DNA of 64,000 nucleotides from a virus (Duplodnaviria; Caudoviricetes): IMG/VR virus record IMGVR_UViG_3300028649_000004, positions 20,392 to 84,391 of that record; one strand, 5' to 3'. Shown piece by piece: positions 24,533 to 35,338 of this stretch (position 1 is its first letter; each line of letters starts with the position of its first letter). The notes under the pieces were generated by a model. It saw only the letters and a program-made list of their open reading frames with translations, ran no database searches and was not told where the DNA came from. The position numbers and the translations under genes were made by a program.

Positions 24533-24862
24533 TTATTTTATTTTCGTACAATCCATTAAATCTTCTTTAGATACTCCTAATTCTTTTAATTTGTTATCTA
24601 ACTCTTCTTCTGTAACTTCTTGTCCTTCATACTGTGCTAAAATACCTTTATTAGATTTATTAGGCGAGTATGTAATTTCAATCTCATCTTCACCAATTGT
24701 TCCTTTTTCATACTTTCCATCAACTAATTTCTCCATAACTTCAAATAATTGATTTCTAAATTCCTTACTTTGTTCTGATAAATCTTCCCTGCTTATTCTA
24801 ATTTTAAATTCTTCATATTTTTTCATACTAATATCTCCTTTGATGCTTTGGTCATCACCCAT
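24533..24862 (-). CDS. Hypothetical protein (true start probably MKKYEE, 24826)
   Basis: AGGAG RBS before the second Met. Confidence 0.65.
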   Translation of the reverse strand: MGDDQSIKGDISMKKYEEFKIRISREDLSEQSKEFRNQLFEVMEKLVDGKYEKGTIGEDEIEITYSPNKSNKGILAQYEGQEVTEEELDNKLKELGVSKEDLMDCTKIK

Positions 24863-24944
24863 ATTTTATAATCTAACTTGTAGATTAATTCTAAGATACT
24901 AATTTAATATCCTTGAATTAGCCTACAAGTAGGCTTTTATCTTT
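24841..24944 (-). ncRNA. Putative structured 5' leader, copy 2
   Basis: Homologous to 24261-24375 with covariation. Confidence 0.5.
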
Positions 24945-25497
24945 CGTTCTTCTATTAATTTATTAATTATTTTTTACTGTTTGCCAAACTTGTCCATTAA
25001 ATTTAGCTACTATTGGTCTAGATTGTCTTGTCTTACCTATTGTATAATAGATTTCAAATGTATTTTCATCTATGTATACTGGCTCTTCATAATGAACTTT
25101 GACTGATAATTTACTTGTATCCATGATTATCATCTCCTTTTCTTATTTATTAATAATTATTTAGTATCTCTTTTAAATTTTAAATGTTTTATATGATTAT
25201 ATTCTCCCCATAACCAAGAATCATTACTGGATTCTATATTATTTTCTAATTTAATTTCAACATTGCTTAAATCTATTGTCTCTTTATTTTTTATCACAAT
25301 GTCATCATATATTCTTTCAATTTCTTCTGTAAGATTTCCTGTTTCTTTATCATATATTTTTATTTTATTACAATCTTTGATATCATAAATTGGATTACTC
25401 ATATTTCTCACCTCCTTTACTAAATCCTACCACATTTAAATTTTAATTTCAATACTTATTTCTATTAATTTGTTATTATTTTATTCATAAGCTAAAT

Positions 25498-25962
25498 TCA
25501 TTGTTTATAAAAGTCATCACAGTCAGTATTGGTTTCTAATTCCACTACTTCTTCTATATTTTCATTAATAAACTTTTGTTTCTCAAGTTCTTCTTCAGTT
25601 TCCGTAGCCCATTTGTCCCATAGTGCTTGACTCTCTTTTAATGAATTCTTAGGTAATTTACCTGCTCTCATTAATTTCATTTCTTTTAAGCTTTGTTCTA
25701 ATGATTTTCCTACTGCACAATATCTTTCAGTTGGTTCTTCATACATATCTTTAAATGATTGCAGTTTATCTTTAGATTGCTCCCATTCTTCTAGTTCATT
25801 TTGACCATCTTTGATTCTTTTATCAAATTCTTCTTTTCTGTATGTATATAGCTTATATAAGAATATATTTACTACATCATCGGGAATATCACCAAATACA
25901 TCAAAACAAACCGTTCCATTAAAATTAGGATAAATGTAATATGGTAATCTACAATAACTCAT
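25498..25962 (-). CDS. Hypothetical phage protein
   Basis: 154-aa ORF with GGAGG RBS. Confidence 0.7.
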   Translation of the reverse strand: MSYCRLPYYIYPNFNGTVCFDVFGDIPDDVVNIFLYKLYTYRKEEFDKRIKDGQNELEEWEQSKDKLQSFKDMYEEPTERYCAVGKSLEQSLKEMKLMRAGKLPKNSLKESQALWDKWATETEEELEKQKFINENIEEVVELETNTDCDDFYKQ

Positions 25963-26154
25963 TTATTAACCCTCCTCTTTAAATAATTCGTTCAATATTC
26001 TCTTACCTTCTTCTAGTTCTTCTAAAGTATTATTGCTACTTTTATTACTTTTAACTGGTTCATTCATTATCTTTATTATTTTCTCATAAGCTTCTTGACT
26101 TATTGTAATATCTCTTTCAATACTTTCTGTACTCATAACTTTCATCTCACTTCA

Positions 26155-26712
26155 TTAAATTAAACTTCTTCTATTAAAAGGATTGTTTGCATTAAGTGCG
26201 TCCCACATAATATCAGTAGATTCAAAACTTTTAAACAATACTCTTTTACATTCAGCATAATCTTTCTTAGACCAAGGCAGTAATAAATCTAATTTTGTTA
26301 CCATACCATTTATACTTTTATCTTTATTAATTGTTGTACTAAGTCCATTATGAGATCGCATTTTTTCATCAAAGAATACAATAGTAATTAATGGATTTCT
26401 TAATATAGAACTCATAAACCTATAACCCATATCAGTATGATAGTTTAAATGTGTAATGTATACGAATCCAGTGTCTTTATCGGTTTTACTTTTGATTTTG
26501 ATACCAATTAAAATAACTCTAATAGAACTTATATTAAATAGACAAATACGAGTGTCAATTGCATTTGAAAAATCATTGATATTGCTATTAATATCTTTAA
26601 CTAATATTATAGGACTATCTTGTTTCTATTCATCTTTATAAATTCCAAAAGTTATATTACCACATGTGAAATTTTTAAGTGGTATTCCTGTTTTTACTCC
26701 ACTACTTAACAT
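26155..26712 (-). pseudogene. Gene interrupted by an in-frame TAG (26626-26628)
   Basis: GAGGTG RBS + ATG at 26712; frame continues through the stop into the tracked ORF 26155-26430. Confidence 0.65.
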
Positions 26713-26844
26713 TTTAATCACCTCATATATAATTATATCCAATTATATGTAAAAGTAAATATTTTACAAAATAAAATTAATAATGATTCAAATAGTCTGG
26801 AATTATCTTTTTTTAAAATAGCCATTTTATGGGATTATTTGTAG

Positions 26845-26912
26845 TTATTTCCCAAAATCGAATTATTAATCGTTGATTTTACTGGTTTGAAAATTCAATT
26901 TTAGGAAATAAT
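26845..26912. repeat. 68-bp inverted-repeat element, copy 2
   Basis: Ungapped similarity to 12808-12875. Confidence 0.65.
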
Positions 26913-27865
26913 ATCATTTTTATTAATTTGTTATGTATTTTAACAACTAAAGTTTTACATTCTTATTTCTTTTCATACCTTCTTAATTTCCCTCTTATAT
27001 ATTCTACCAAAAAAGTTGGAAATCTTATTATGCAGAATATATAATATTCTGACCAAGCTAATATAAATTCTATACTATATTTTATATTTTTCTTTTTCAT
27101 ATAACTCCTTCTTTCATGAATTCTTTATTCAAAATCCTCACCAAATTCTTTTTTGCAATCAAAAACATAATAACCTTCTTTTATTGCAAATTCATGTAAA
27201 TCCTTCTTAATTTCTTCTTCTGTATCCTTACAATAAATAGGTTCTATCATATCTTGATTAATATCATCTTTATTACATTCAGCCTTTTCCCAAGCTAATT
27301 CCTTAGCTTCTTCTATTGATTCAGCATCAACATATACCTCTACTCTAGCCATAACTGGAACACTTACTAAATATTTTCTTTTCATATAATTACTCCCTTG
27401 TATTTTAAAAATAATATTATCAACATTATACAATAGATTTCACTTATTCTTCAATAAAGAATACTGCTTCAGCTTTATTTAGTAATATAGCAATAGCGAA
27501 TTTTAGTCTTACTAATAATGGTTTCTTGAATGGTTTCTTTATATATTTTTTACCATTGATTTCAACTTTATCTCTATATACTAAGCAATCAGCTTGATAC
27601 ATTCCATTATTCCAAAATGTAAGCATAATTATACCTCCTTTAACAATTTATATAGAAATTATCTAAATCAAACTTATGTCTTACATTGTGATATTTTAAA
27701 ACTACTGTCATTTTGTTTTTAAATTTATTGAACTTATATTTTCTTATAATATACCTTTCTCCATTTATTAAGTCTAGTTTATGTAAGTCTTTACCAATGT
27801 AAATAACTTCTGATCCTTTGCTATCTAAATTAGGTTTTATATTTCTAAGCATTATTGTTATCTCC

Positions 27866-28270
27866 TTAAATTTGATAAACTAACTCAAATCTGTCATTAA
27901 TATCTATATTGACTTTTATTCCAATTCTTAAAAAATATCTTTCTAATTCACTTTTAACAAATTCAGCAGAATTAATTGTATAATTCTTTAAGTTTAATTC
28001 TTTTAATCTCATATCCTCTGATTGTTCTTTATTGAAAGTTAAATTTTTTAAAACTAATTTTAATATCTTAGTATTTTCATTTAATATATCAATACAAAAA
28101 ACACTTGATATTCCTGTTTCAACTTCATTATAATAAGAATAACAATTTAATATAATAACTTTTATTTTATTCTTTTTAATTTCAGTAATTAATTGTCCTA
28201 CATTTCCTTGTAATTGGCTGAATAAACTTTTATGGGCTAGTTTATTTCTTAATAAATAATCTTTATACAT
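27866..28270 (-). CDS. Hypothetical phage protein
   Basis: 134-aa ORF with RBS. Confidence 0.65.
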   Translation of the reverse strand: MYKDYLLRNKLAHKSLFSQLQGNVGQLITEIKKNKIKVIILNCYSYYNEVETGISSVFCIDILNENTKILKLVLKNLTFNKEQSEDMRLKELNLKNYTINSAEFVKSELERYFLRIGIKVNIDINDRFELVYQI

Positions 28271-28867
28271 TTTATATCACTCCTTATTAATTTAGAATTA
28301 TATACAATTAATATTAATCCTTATTTTGGTTCTACAAAATTTTCACCCAAATTACACATTAAATTATACCATTTAGGCATTTTTTCCATAGGTCTATCTT
28401 TTAATATACGTGTAGTAATGAATAAAATCAACATAAAAGGCGATACTAATATTAACTTAAGTATATAAATTATCCATTGTTTTAAATTTAAATTAAACAT
28501 CTAATTTCCTCCTTCCATAAAAATTCTTTTAAAATTCACCATTTAATAGAATATTCAACTCTATAAAGCTCCTATTTAAGCCATTCTTAACTCTTTAATT
28601 TATGCATTTCTAAATTCAAACTTAGCATATGATTTATCATTATTGAACTATCTATATATTTTACTTTTTCATAAGCTTCCTTAATTTCATTTAAAGTATA
28701 ACCTGCAAGTATATTATCCTGCAATAAATCAAAAGAAATTTTATCTTTGTTAATTTTATAATATTCCTTTAATTCCTCACCACCAATCATTTCTAAAATA
28801 TTTAATTTATTATTATATTCTATATCTTTTTTTATAGCGTCACAAAGTTCATAGACATTATCATAAA

Positions 28868-29158
28868 TCATTTTAAAACCCTCCTTATCCCCATTCTATA
28901 TAGTAAAGTTTCTTTCTTACACGCCATCTTTAATAATATTTTTTGATACCACATTAATTTGAAACCTAAATAATCTTCGGCAAATTTTACTGGATTATTA
29001 TACTGATTTCTAAACTTTAAAAATTCTTCTTTCCATATCTGAACCCTAATTTCTTCACAAATGTTTTTATATTTTTCTATAGCATAATAATAGGTACTTG
29101 ATAATATATTGTCTATCTTTTTGTAGAAATTCGATAATTCAAAGTATTCTTCATTCAT
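28868..29158 (-). CDS. Small protein resembling the N-terminus of a terminase large subunit
   Basis: NPVKFAEDYLGFKLMWYQKILL; no Walker A motif follows. Confidence 0.5.
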   Translation of the reverse strand: MNEEYFELSNFYKKIDNILSSTYYYAIEKYKNICEEIRVQIWKEEFLKFRNQYNNPVKFAEDYLGFKLMWYQKILLKMACKKETLLYRMGIRRVLK

Positions 29159-30341
29159 AATTATCTCACTCCTTCAATTTTATTTAGCCTGTCTTTAAAT
29201 TCTCTTTCTTTGTATTTTCTAATAGTTTCATTTAGCTTATGATTTTCTATTAAAGTCTTATTTAGTTCTTTTTTTATAGTATCCCTAGATTGTTTTACCA
29301 TCATATGCTCATGTATTCCTATACTTTCAGCATATTCATTTTTTAAATTATGTATTTGATTCTCATATCCTTTGACTTTTGCTTTCAGCATTTGATAACA
29401 GAAATCATTTTTCTTTATATTTTTATCCTGTTCTTTAATTTTGTCTTGTATTAGTAAGCATAATCTGCTTTCATCTATATTTGATTTTATTCCTAGTATA
29501 TTTGCTATTCGTTGTAATTCATTTATCATTTTAATCAATCCTCTTTCATTTTTATTTATCTTAATTTATTTTTATCTATAGACTAATCTCAAGATACCAT
29601 TTAAAATATCTTCAAATTAACCCATACGGGCTTTACCTTTTGTTCTTTATGTATTTTTATCCACCTCCTCTATTAACTAATTAATTTGAGTACTGTTGTT
29701 TTGTAATTCATCCAATCTCTTTAACATATAGTCAATTTCATCTTGACTTAGAATGACATTAGAATAATTTTCTTCATCAATTTTTTCATTATCTAAAAAC
29801 ATATATTTCAATTTATTCTTTATATTATTTATAAACATTAAATCACCTCCTTTAATGGATTTTAATATAATTTATTGTAGATTTAACTTTTGACATAATC
29901 CATCTATCTGAGTAGTTAACATTCTGCCTCTTATAAATGGATTATGAACACCAATAGCTAATACAACAATACTTATTAACTCCTTTCTAAATTCTTGTCT
30001 TGTCACTCATATCACCTCCCTTCAATGGTATATTTTACAAATGAAATATAATAAGGTATCCAACCGGAAACATTATTCCTACTATTAATACATTGTATAT
30101 TATATACTCTTTTAAATCCGCTTTCATTGATTCATTCCTCCTTATGATTATTTTTAATTATATTAATTAATTTATTTTTATCTTATGTATGCCTTTTCTT
30201 TAATGTCATTGATTAATTGTTCTTCCCATTCATCAGATCTACCTGCAACCTTACAAGCTGATAAAACAACTAGTGTGTTTAAAGTTATTATAATTACTGA
30301 TATTATTGTTAACATGTTTTTCACCTCTCTTTTCTATAAAT

Positions 30342-30956
30342 TTATTTACGCCCTATTAATTCAATATAATTATTGTCTTCGTTTATTTTATAATCTTCAT
30401 ACATATTTGATATTTTATATATTATATGACTCTTTTGTTTATTATCTCTAAATTTCATTTTTATTGTAATTCCTTTTTCTTTTGGTAGTTTGCTTGATGT
30501 ACAATACATACCATTTTCATCTATATTTGCTTTATTTAAATTTTTACAATTTATTTTATCTATAAGATTATCTACTTTTTGAACAACGTTATTATCCACT
30601 TTTAGTATTCTTATTTGATAAGAATTCATCCCTTTTTTAATTTGATTTTTTAATCTTTTATTTTCTGAACTTATTTTTTCTTTTTCAATCTGAATATTAT
30701 TTATTTGGTCAATAAGTGGTTTCATTGTAACCAATTCATTTTTAGTTCTTCTTCTTTATTGTCTAATTTTTTGCAATCCTTTTGTTAATTCCCAACCCCT
30801 ATATAAATCAAACTTGTCCAAATTCTCTATCTTATGTAGTAAATCTAATTGAGCATCATCTAATGCTTTTAAATCAACCTTTAGTTTATTATAATATTTT
30901 TTAGATTCTGTTATTTTATTATTGATATTGTCTGCAAAATCAGTAGCCATACACAT
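30342..30956 (-). pseudogene. Single gene split by an in-frame TAA (30756-30758)
   Basis: Two tracked ORFs are in one frame: ...KIRQ*RRRTKNELVTMKP... Confidence 0.65.
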
Positions 30957-31007
30957 TTTATCATTTCCTTTCTTTTATTATTTGTTTTAATTTATTATTA
31001 TAATAAA

Positions 31008-31036
31008 AGTATAATCCTACCAAATCTAAAAGTCAA
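31008..31036 (-). promoter_or_regulatory. sigmaA promoter
   Basis: TTGACT-N17-TATACT. Confidence 0.65.
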
Positions 31037-31078
31037 TAGATATATAATAATTATTTTTGTTAATTTGTTTATTATGTA

Positions 31079-32041
31079 TTAGTCCGTTATTTCTACTATG
31101 TAATTAACCATTGCTATATACAATGGCTTTGGAATTTGATTTTTATATTGTTCTGCAACTTCTTTTATGTAGGCTTCTTTATGTATCTTATATGCAGTAA
31201 AAGCTTCTTCAACATTACTATAATGACTTCCAATTTCAACCCTTGTCCATTTTCCATTTATAACTTTACTCATTCTAGCATATATAACATTATCATATAT
31301 ACTTACACCAATTGGAGTATTTCCTCTTCTTGATACCCCTCTAACAAATAATTTATTAATCTTTTCAGGTACAAAAATACAATTATCAGGACTATATATT
31401 TTGTTCCATTTATGTAATATGTCTTTATCTATACACATCTTTTCATTATCTACTTTATAATAATTTTTATTGAACCATTTTTTAAAGTTCTGAAAATTAT
31501 GCCATTCTTCACAAACTGTACAACCTTTATATGACGTATTTTTTGAATAACTTTCATTATTATAACATCTATCTAATATATGATGCCATCTACCATATTC
31601 AACATCATTATTTATACCTGTTTGTTTTTCTTGACCAAGATACCCTATACCAAATATCTTTTTGTCATATGGGGAACTTGATCTTCCTTCTTTGAAATCT
31701 TTATAACTACAAATTTTTATGTATTTATGTACGTTATCATCAAATTCAATCAATACCTTTTGCGAATTTGTATATTCAATTATTGTCATTTTTGTACCAT
31801 TATTATTAAAATTTATTTCACCAACTCTATATGTAAAATCAATTTTATTTTTTTGAATAATTTTTATATTTCTATTTCTTATAAGAGCTTGTTCAAACCA
31901 ACTATAATTTTTGTTATAAGCTATGTGTCCATCTTCAGATTCAACATCTATGTCTCTAGAGTTTCTATACTCTTTTATCCACATTTTTAATCCTTGATTA
32001 TTATATTTTATTTCTCCTGTTCTATCAATTTTACGACTCAT
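31079..32041 (-). CDS. HNH-type homing endonuclease-like protein
   Basis: W..ILDRCY...YKGCTVCEEWHNFQNFKKW...IDKDIL...YSPDNCIFVPEKIN; AP2-like tail. Confidence 0.8.
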   Translation of the reverse strand: MSRKIDRTGEIKYNNQGLKMWIKEYRNSRDIDVESEDGHIAYNKNYSWFEQALIRNRNIKIIQKNKIDFTYRVGEINFNNNGTKMTIIEYTNSQKVLIEFDDNVHKYIKICSYKDFKEGRSSSPYDKKIFGIGYLGQEKQTGINNDVEYGRWHHILDRCYNNESYSKNTSYKGCTVCEEWHNFQNFKKWFNKNYYKVDNEKMCIDKDILHKWNKIYSPDNCIFVPEKINKLFVRGVSRRGNTPIGVSIYDNVIYARMSKVINGKWTRVEIGSHYSNVEEAFTAYKIHKEAYIKEVAEQYKNQIPKPLYIAMVNYIVEITD

Positions 32042-32076
32042 TTTCTCTCCTCTGTATTAATTTATTTTTTAATATT

Positions 32077-32116
32077 ATAAGAAAGTAATCAAGATTTCTC
32101 TCAATTACTTTCTTAT
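32077..32116 (-). terminator. Terminator hairpin after the peptide gene
   Basis: ATAAGAAAGTAAT...ATTACTTTCTTAT 13-bp perfect stem. Confidence 0.7.
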
Positions 32117-32142
32117 GTAGGATAACTATTAATTAATAATTA

Positions 32143-32250
32143 TTATCCACGTCCTGAACCAGTTGTTGCAAACGCTACAACTGTCATTACAACAGTTGAT
32201 ATTGTTACGATTGCAGTTATAATTAGTGCTTTAAATCTTGCTTTTGTCAT
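32143..32250 (-). CDS. Secreted signalling pro-peptide (AimP/Phr-like), 35 aa; missing from the ORF track
   Basis: GGAGGTG RBS; MTKARFKALIITAIVTISTVVMTVVAFA|TTGSGRG: basic n-region, hydrophobic h-region, AFA signal-peptidase site, RG-ending mature peptide. Confidence 0.85.
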   Translation of the reverse strand: MTKARFKALIITAIVTISTVVMTVVAFATTGSGRG

Positions 32251-32346
32251 TTGTATTTCACCTCCTTTTGTAGTTGCTATTAACATAAGATATACTCATG
32301 CTAAATCGCAAATACAAAAGGATTTTTAAAAATGTAATTTATGATT

Positions 32347-32994
32347 TTATATAATTTGTTTGAGTTGATTTTTAATTAATAACAATACGTCATTATAAAG
32401 AGAAATATCTACTTTTTCTATATCCTTAATAAAACTCTCTAATGTGTCATTATATTCAGTGGTATTGTTATGTAATAGTATGTCTTCTACCACCAAGAAG
32501 ACAACCTTAAAATTTCCTTTTAATATATTAATATTAAATTCTGATATTAATTTTTCCATATATTTATCTTTATGTGCATAATCATAATCTTTGTAAGTAT
32601 CATAACAAAATTGGTGTATTTTAATTAATTCTTCATTAGTTATTTCATCTTTATAGCATACAGCATAATTATTTAATGCTTTGCAGTATCTCTCTTTATT
32701 AATTTGATTATTTGTATAATTAGGGTGAGTATCTAGCATATCTTTTAGTGCTTTCGCATAAGGTTTTGCTTCACTCATATCTGATATATTTTTTTCTTTT
32801 AATATTTGCATTATAATCGTGGTCAAGTTGTGTAATATTAATCTTCTGCATTCTATACTTTTAAATTTATTACCAATTTGAAAAAACATTTTTCTTAGTA
32901 TTTCTTTTGCCTTATCCTTTGAAACAAAATCCCATATATAATATAACTTCTCCATTTCTTCTAATAACATTTCCTCTTCACTCATTTTTAACAC
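32347..32994 (-). CDS. Helical TPR-like protein, putative RRNPP-type peptide receptor lacking an HTH
   Basis: Predicted all-helical with Asn-bearing helices (LHNL, ALNNYA, EFNI); lies directly upstream of the pro-peptide gene. Confidence 0.6.
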   Translation of the reverse strand: MLKMSEEEMLLEEMEKLYYIWDFVSKDKAKEILRKMFFQIGNKFKSIECRRLILHNLTTIIMQILKEKNISDMSEAKPYAKALKDMLDTHPNYTNNQINKERYCKALNNYAVCYKDEITNEELIKIHQFCYDTYKDYDYAHKDKYMEKLISEFNINILKGNFKVVFLVVEDILLHNNTTEYNDTLESFIKDIEKVDISLYNDVLLLIKNQLKQII

Positions 32995-33003
32995 CCCATT
33001 CTA

Positions 33004-33759
33004 TTATCCTATAGATATTTTTCTCTCCCTTGTATATTCCACATAGTAATCTTTATAATTTATTCCATTATCTTTGCATATTCTTTCTAAATGGTCTAAT
33101 AACATTGACCTCTCAGATAATAAGTGATTTAAATTATTTGTTTTTGACCTTCCAAGTACTTTTTCATAGCTGTATATAAATTGTAATGTTTCATTTATAT
33201 CATCTTGTACATATTTAGGTAATTTTTCTAATGGACTTTTTTCTTGTAATATACCCCTTTGAATATTTCTAGCCTTTTCAACTTTCTTTAATACCAACTC
33301 ATCTACAGTTCCAATGTATGTAAGCAGTTGATATCTTACATCTATTGGCGTATCTTGTTCTATCAGTATTACCGATTGCTCCTTTAATCCAAATCCTTCT
33401 ACAGTAACGTGTACTGGAATATTACTTGCTTTTGCCATATTTGAAGTTAATGGATACACATTTATTATATTTGAAAACCTATTGTTTATATCATTAGAAT
33501 CTACTAATGCCGGGCGTACCCCACTTTGTAGAGATCCTCTCCTTTGTCCAAAATCTACATACCAAAGTTGACCTTTCTTTACTTGTTTCTTTTCTTCTTT
33601 ATTATTATAATTTGTTTTATCTATAGTAATTTTTTTATTAATATTATTACTATATACAATTTCTTTTGCTTCAATTGATTTGCTATCTTTAATTTCCTCT
33701 TTATCCATTTTTGTCTTTATTGCCATTAGTTGCTCTTGAAAATTATTCATTACAACCAC
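33004..33759 (-). CDS. PemK/MazF-family endoribonuclease with N- and C-terminal extensions
   Basis: KGQLWYVDFG..GSLQSGVRPALVDSND..N..S....VYPLTS...PVHV...S.ILIEQ. Confidence 0.88.
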   Translation of the reverse strand: MVVMNNFQEQLMAIKTKMDKEEIKDSKSIEAKEIVYSNNINKKITIDKTNYNNKEEKKQVKKGQLWYVDFGQRRGSLQSGVRPALVDSNDINNRFSNIINVYPLTSNMAKASNIPVHVTVEGFGLKEQSVILIEQDTPIDVRYQLLTYIGTVDELVLKKVEKARNIQRGILQEKSPLEKLPKYVQDDINETLQFIYSYEKVLGRSKTNNLNHLLSERSMLLDHLERICKDNGINYKDYYVEYTRERKISIG

Positions 33760-33847
33760 CTTCCTTTAATTAATCCTTCTTAAATTCCAATTAAAATTAC
33801 TTTTTTATCATTTTCTATTTCTCTTAATTTGTTTAACCTATGTACTC

Positions 33848-34068
33848 AGTTTAACTCTAATTCCATATGTTGTCAATACTTTTTTGTAAATTATTTATAA
33901 TTTATTTTCACTATTTCTTTTTAATTAATTTGTTTCATTTCTATACTCTTATATTACTACTATCTTCCAAACCTGTCAATACTTTATTTGAAATATCTTT
34001 ATGTTTCTTTTAATTTATTGATTCCCTGTCCATAAATACATATTACACCCTACAGAAAATAATGTCAA
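33848..34068 (-). promoter_or_regulatory. Three tandem sigmaA promoters upstream of the mazF-like gene
   Basis: TTGACA-N17-TAAACT (33848-33876), TTGACA-N17-TAATAT (33951-33979), TTGACA-N17-TAATAT (34040-34068). Confidence 0.75.
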
Positions 34069-34186
34069 CACTTTTTTCAAAATATTTATCATTATTCTAT
34101 TAATTCATTTTAATATGTTCAAAATCTCAATAAATAAGCCATTATTTGAATAAAAAAGAAAAAGGCTGGAATAATAATTTTCCAAC

Positions 34187-35338
34187 CTAATCTATATTAA
34201 TTCCTATTGACTCACAAATCTCATTAACTACATCATGAGCAATTGGATCAATCATATTTACTTCTAATATCTTCATTCTATCTCTACCATACCCTGATGG
34301 AATATCTACAATCTTATCTTTTGTTAAACTTTCATATTTCCATTGTAGTGGATATTTTGTAGATGATACCTCTTTTATATTATCTAATACTTTTATGATA
34401 TTATCTATATCATAAATCGATATTTTCCTATGTTTTCTTATTTGTAACAATAATTCTATTTGTCTTGTGAATAGCAAATTATTAAAAGAGATTCTACTAA
34501 CATCTTCCCAATCCTCAACAGTTTTTCTTCCATTTTCATTTAATGCTTTGAAAGCATTATAAACTCTACTATTGGTAGTATTATAATTTACTATAGATCT
34601 GGTGTCTAATACATATACATCTGACTCAAATAATTTTTTCTTAGATTCTTCTTCAGTAACATCATCTAATTTAGCTAAAAAATCAATAAATCTATCATCT
34701 ACTGGAATTAATGTTATAAATTCATTATTTTCATTATAAATATTAACAAATTTATTTTCTACATTAATATCCTTGTATTTCAATTGTCTCATATAAATTG
34801 CTTGCTTTCCTAATATACCATATCTTGCTAATAATAAAGGCTTAATATTTGCTGACTTTGTAACTTCTTTCATTTGTTCTAATAAATCATAAAATTCATC
34901 CATGTCATATAGTTTTGTTTCTAATAATCTTTTGCTTGGTTTTAAACCTTTTAAAGACTTTTCTCCAGCTAAAGGATTAACAGTTATATAGCCTTTTTCT
35001 ACCCAATAACCGAAGTATCCATTGACAAAAGCTTTGATAGTTCCTACTGTTGTAGGCATAGCATAAATAAAGCTCCTCATCATAGATACAACTTCTTCTC
35101 TCTTAAAATCCTTCAAATCTTTCTTTTTTGCTACTTCATAATCATGAATATTATTATTATAAACACTCCATAAAGGTTTCTTAGTGGTATCTTCTTCATA
35201 AGTATTATTTAACCATGTGATTTTATCTAATTGAAATTCATCATAATTAGATAAAATTTCTTGTTTCTTAACTTCTGTTTCTTCTTGAGTTTCTTTTAAA
35301 TATTTTTGACCTATAAATTCTAATTCTTCATTAAGCAA
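34187..35338 (-). CDS. MrpR/YopR-like phage master repressor (tyrosine-recombinase fold, catalytically dead)
   Basis: Integrase-like layout, but GILGKQ where G-x-R is expected and no HxxR; directly downstream of a YopQ-like gene, as in SPbeta. Confidence 0.65.
   Translation of the reverse strand: MLNEELEFIGQKYLKETQEETEVKKQEILSNYDEFQLDKITWLNNTYEEDTTKKPLWSVYNNNIHDYEVAKKKDLKDFKREEVVSMMRSFIYAMPTTVGTIKAFVNGYFGYWVEKGYITVNPLAGEKSLKGLKPSKRLLETKLYDMDEFYDLLEQMKEVTKSANIKPLLLARYGILGKQAIYMRQLKYKDINVENKFVNIYNENNEFITLIPVDDRFIDFLAKLDDVTEEESKKKLFESDVYVLDTRSIVNYNTTNSRVYNAFKALNENGRKTVEDWEDVSRISFNNLLFTRQIELLLQIRKHRKISIYDIDNIIKVLDNIKEVSSTKYPLQWKYESLTKDKIVDIPSGYGRDRMKILEVNMIDPIAHDVVNEICESIGINID

Noticed and set aside
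33760-34186. Canonical MazE antitoxin upstream of mazF
   Set aside because: The region holds promoters and a terminator and no credible ORF with an RBS
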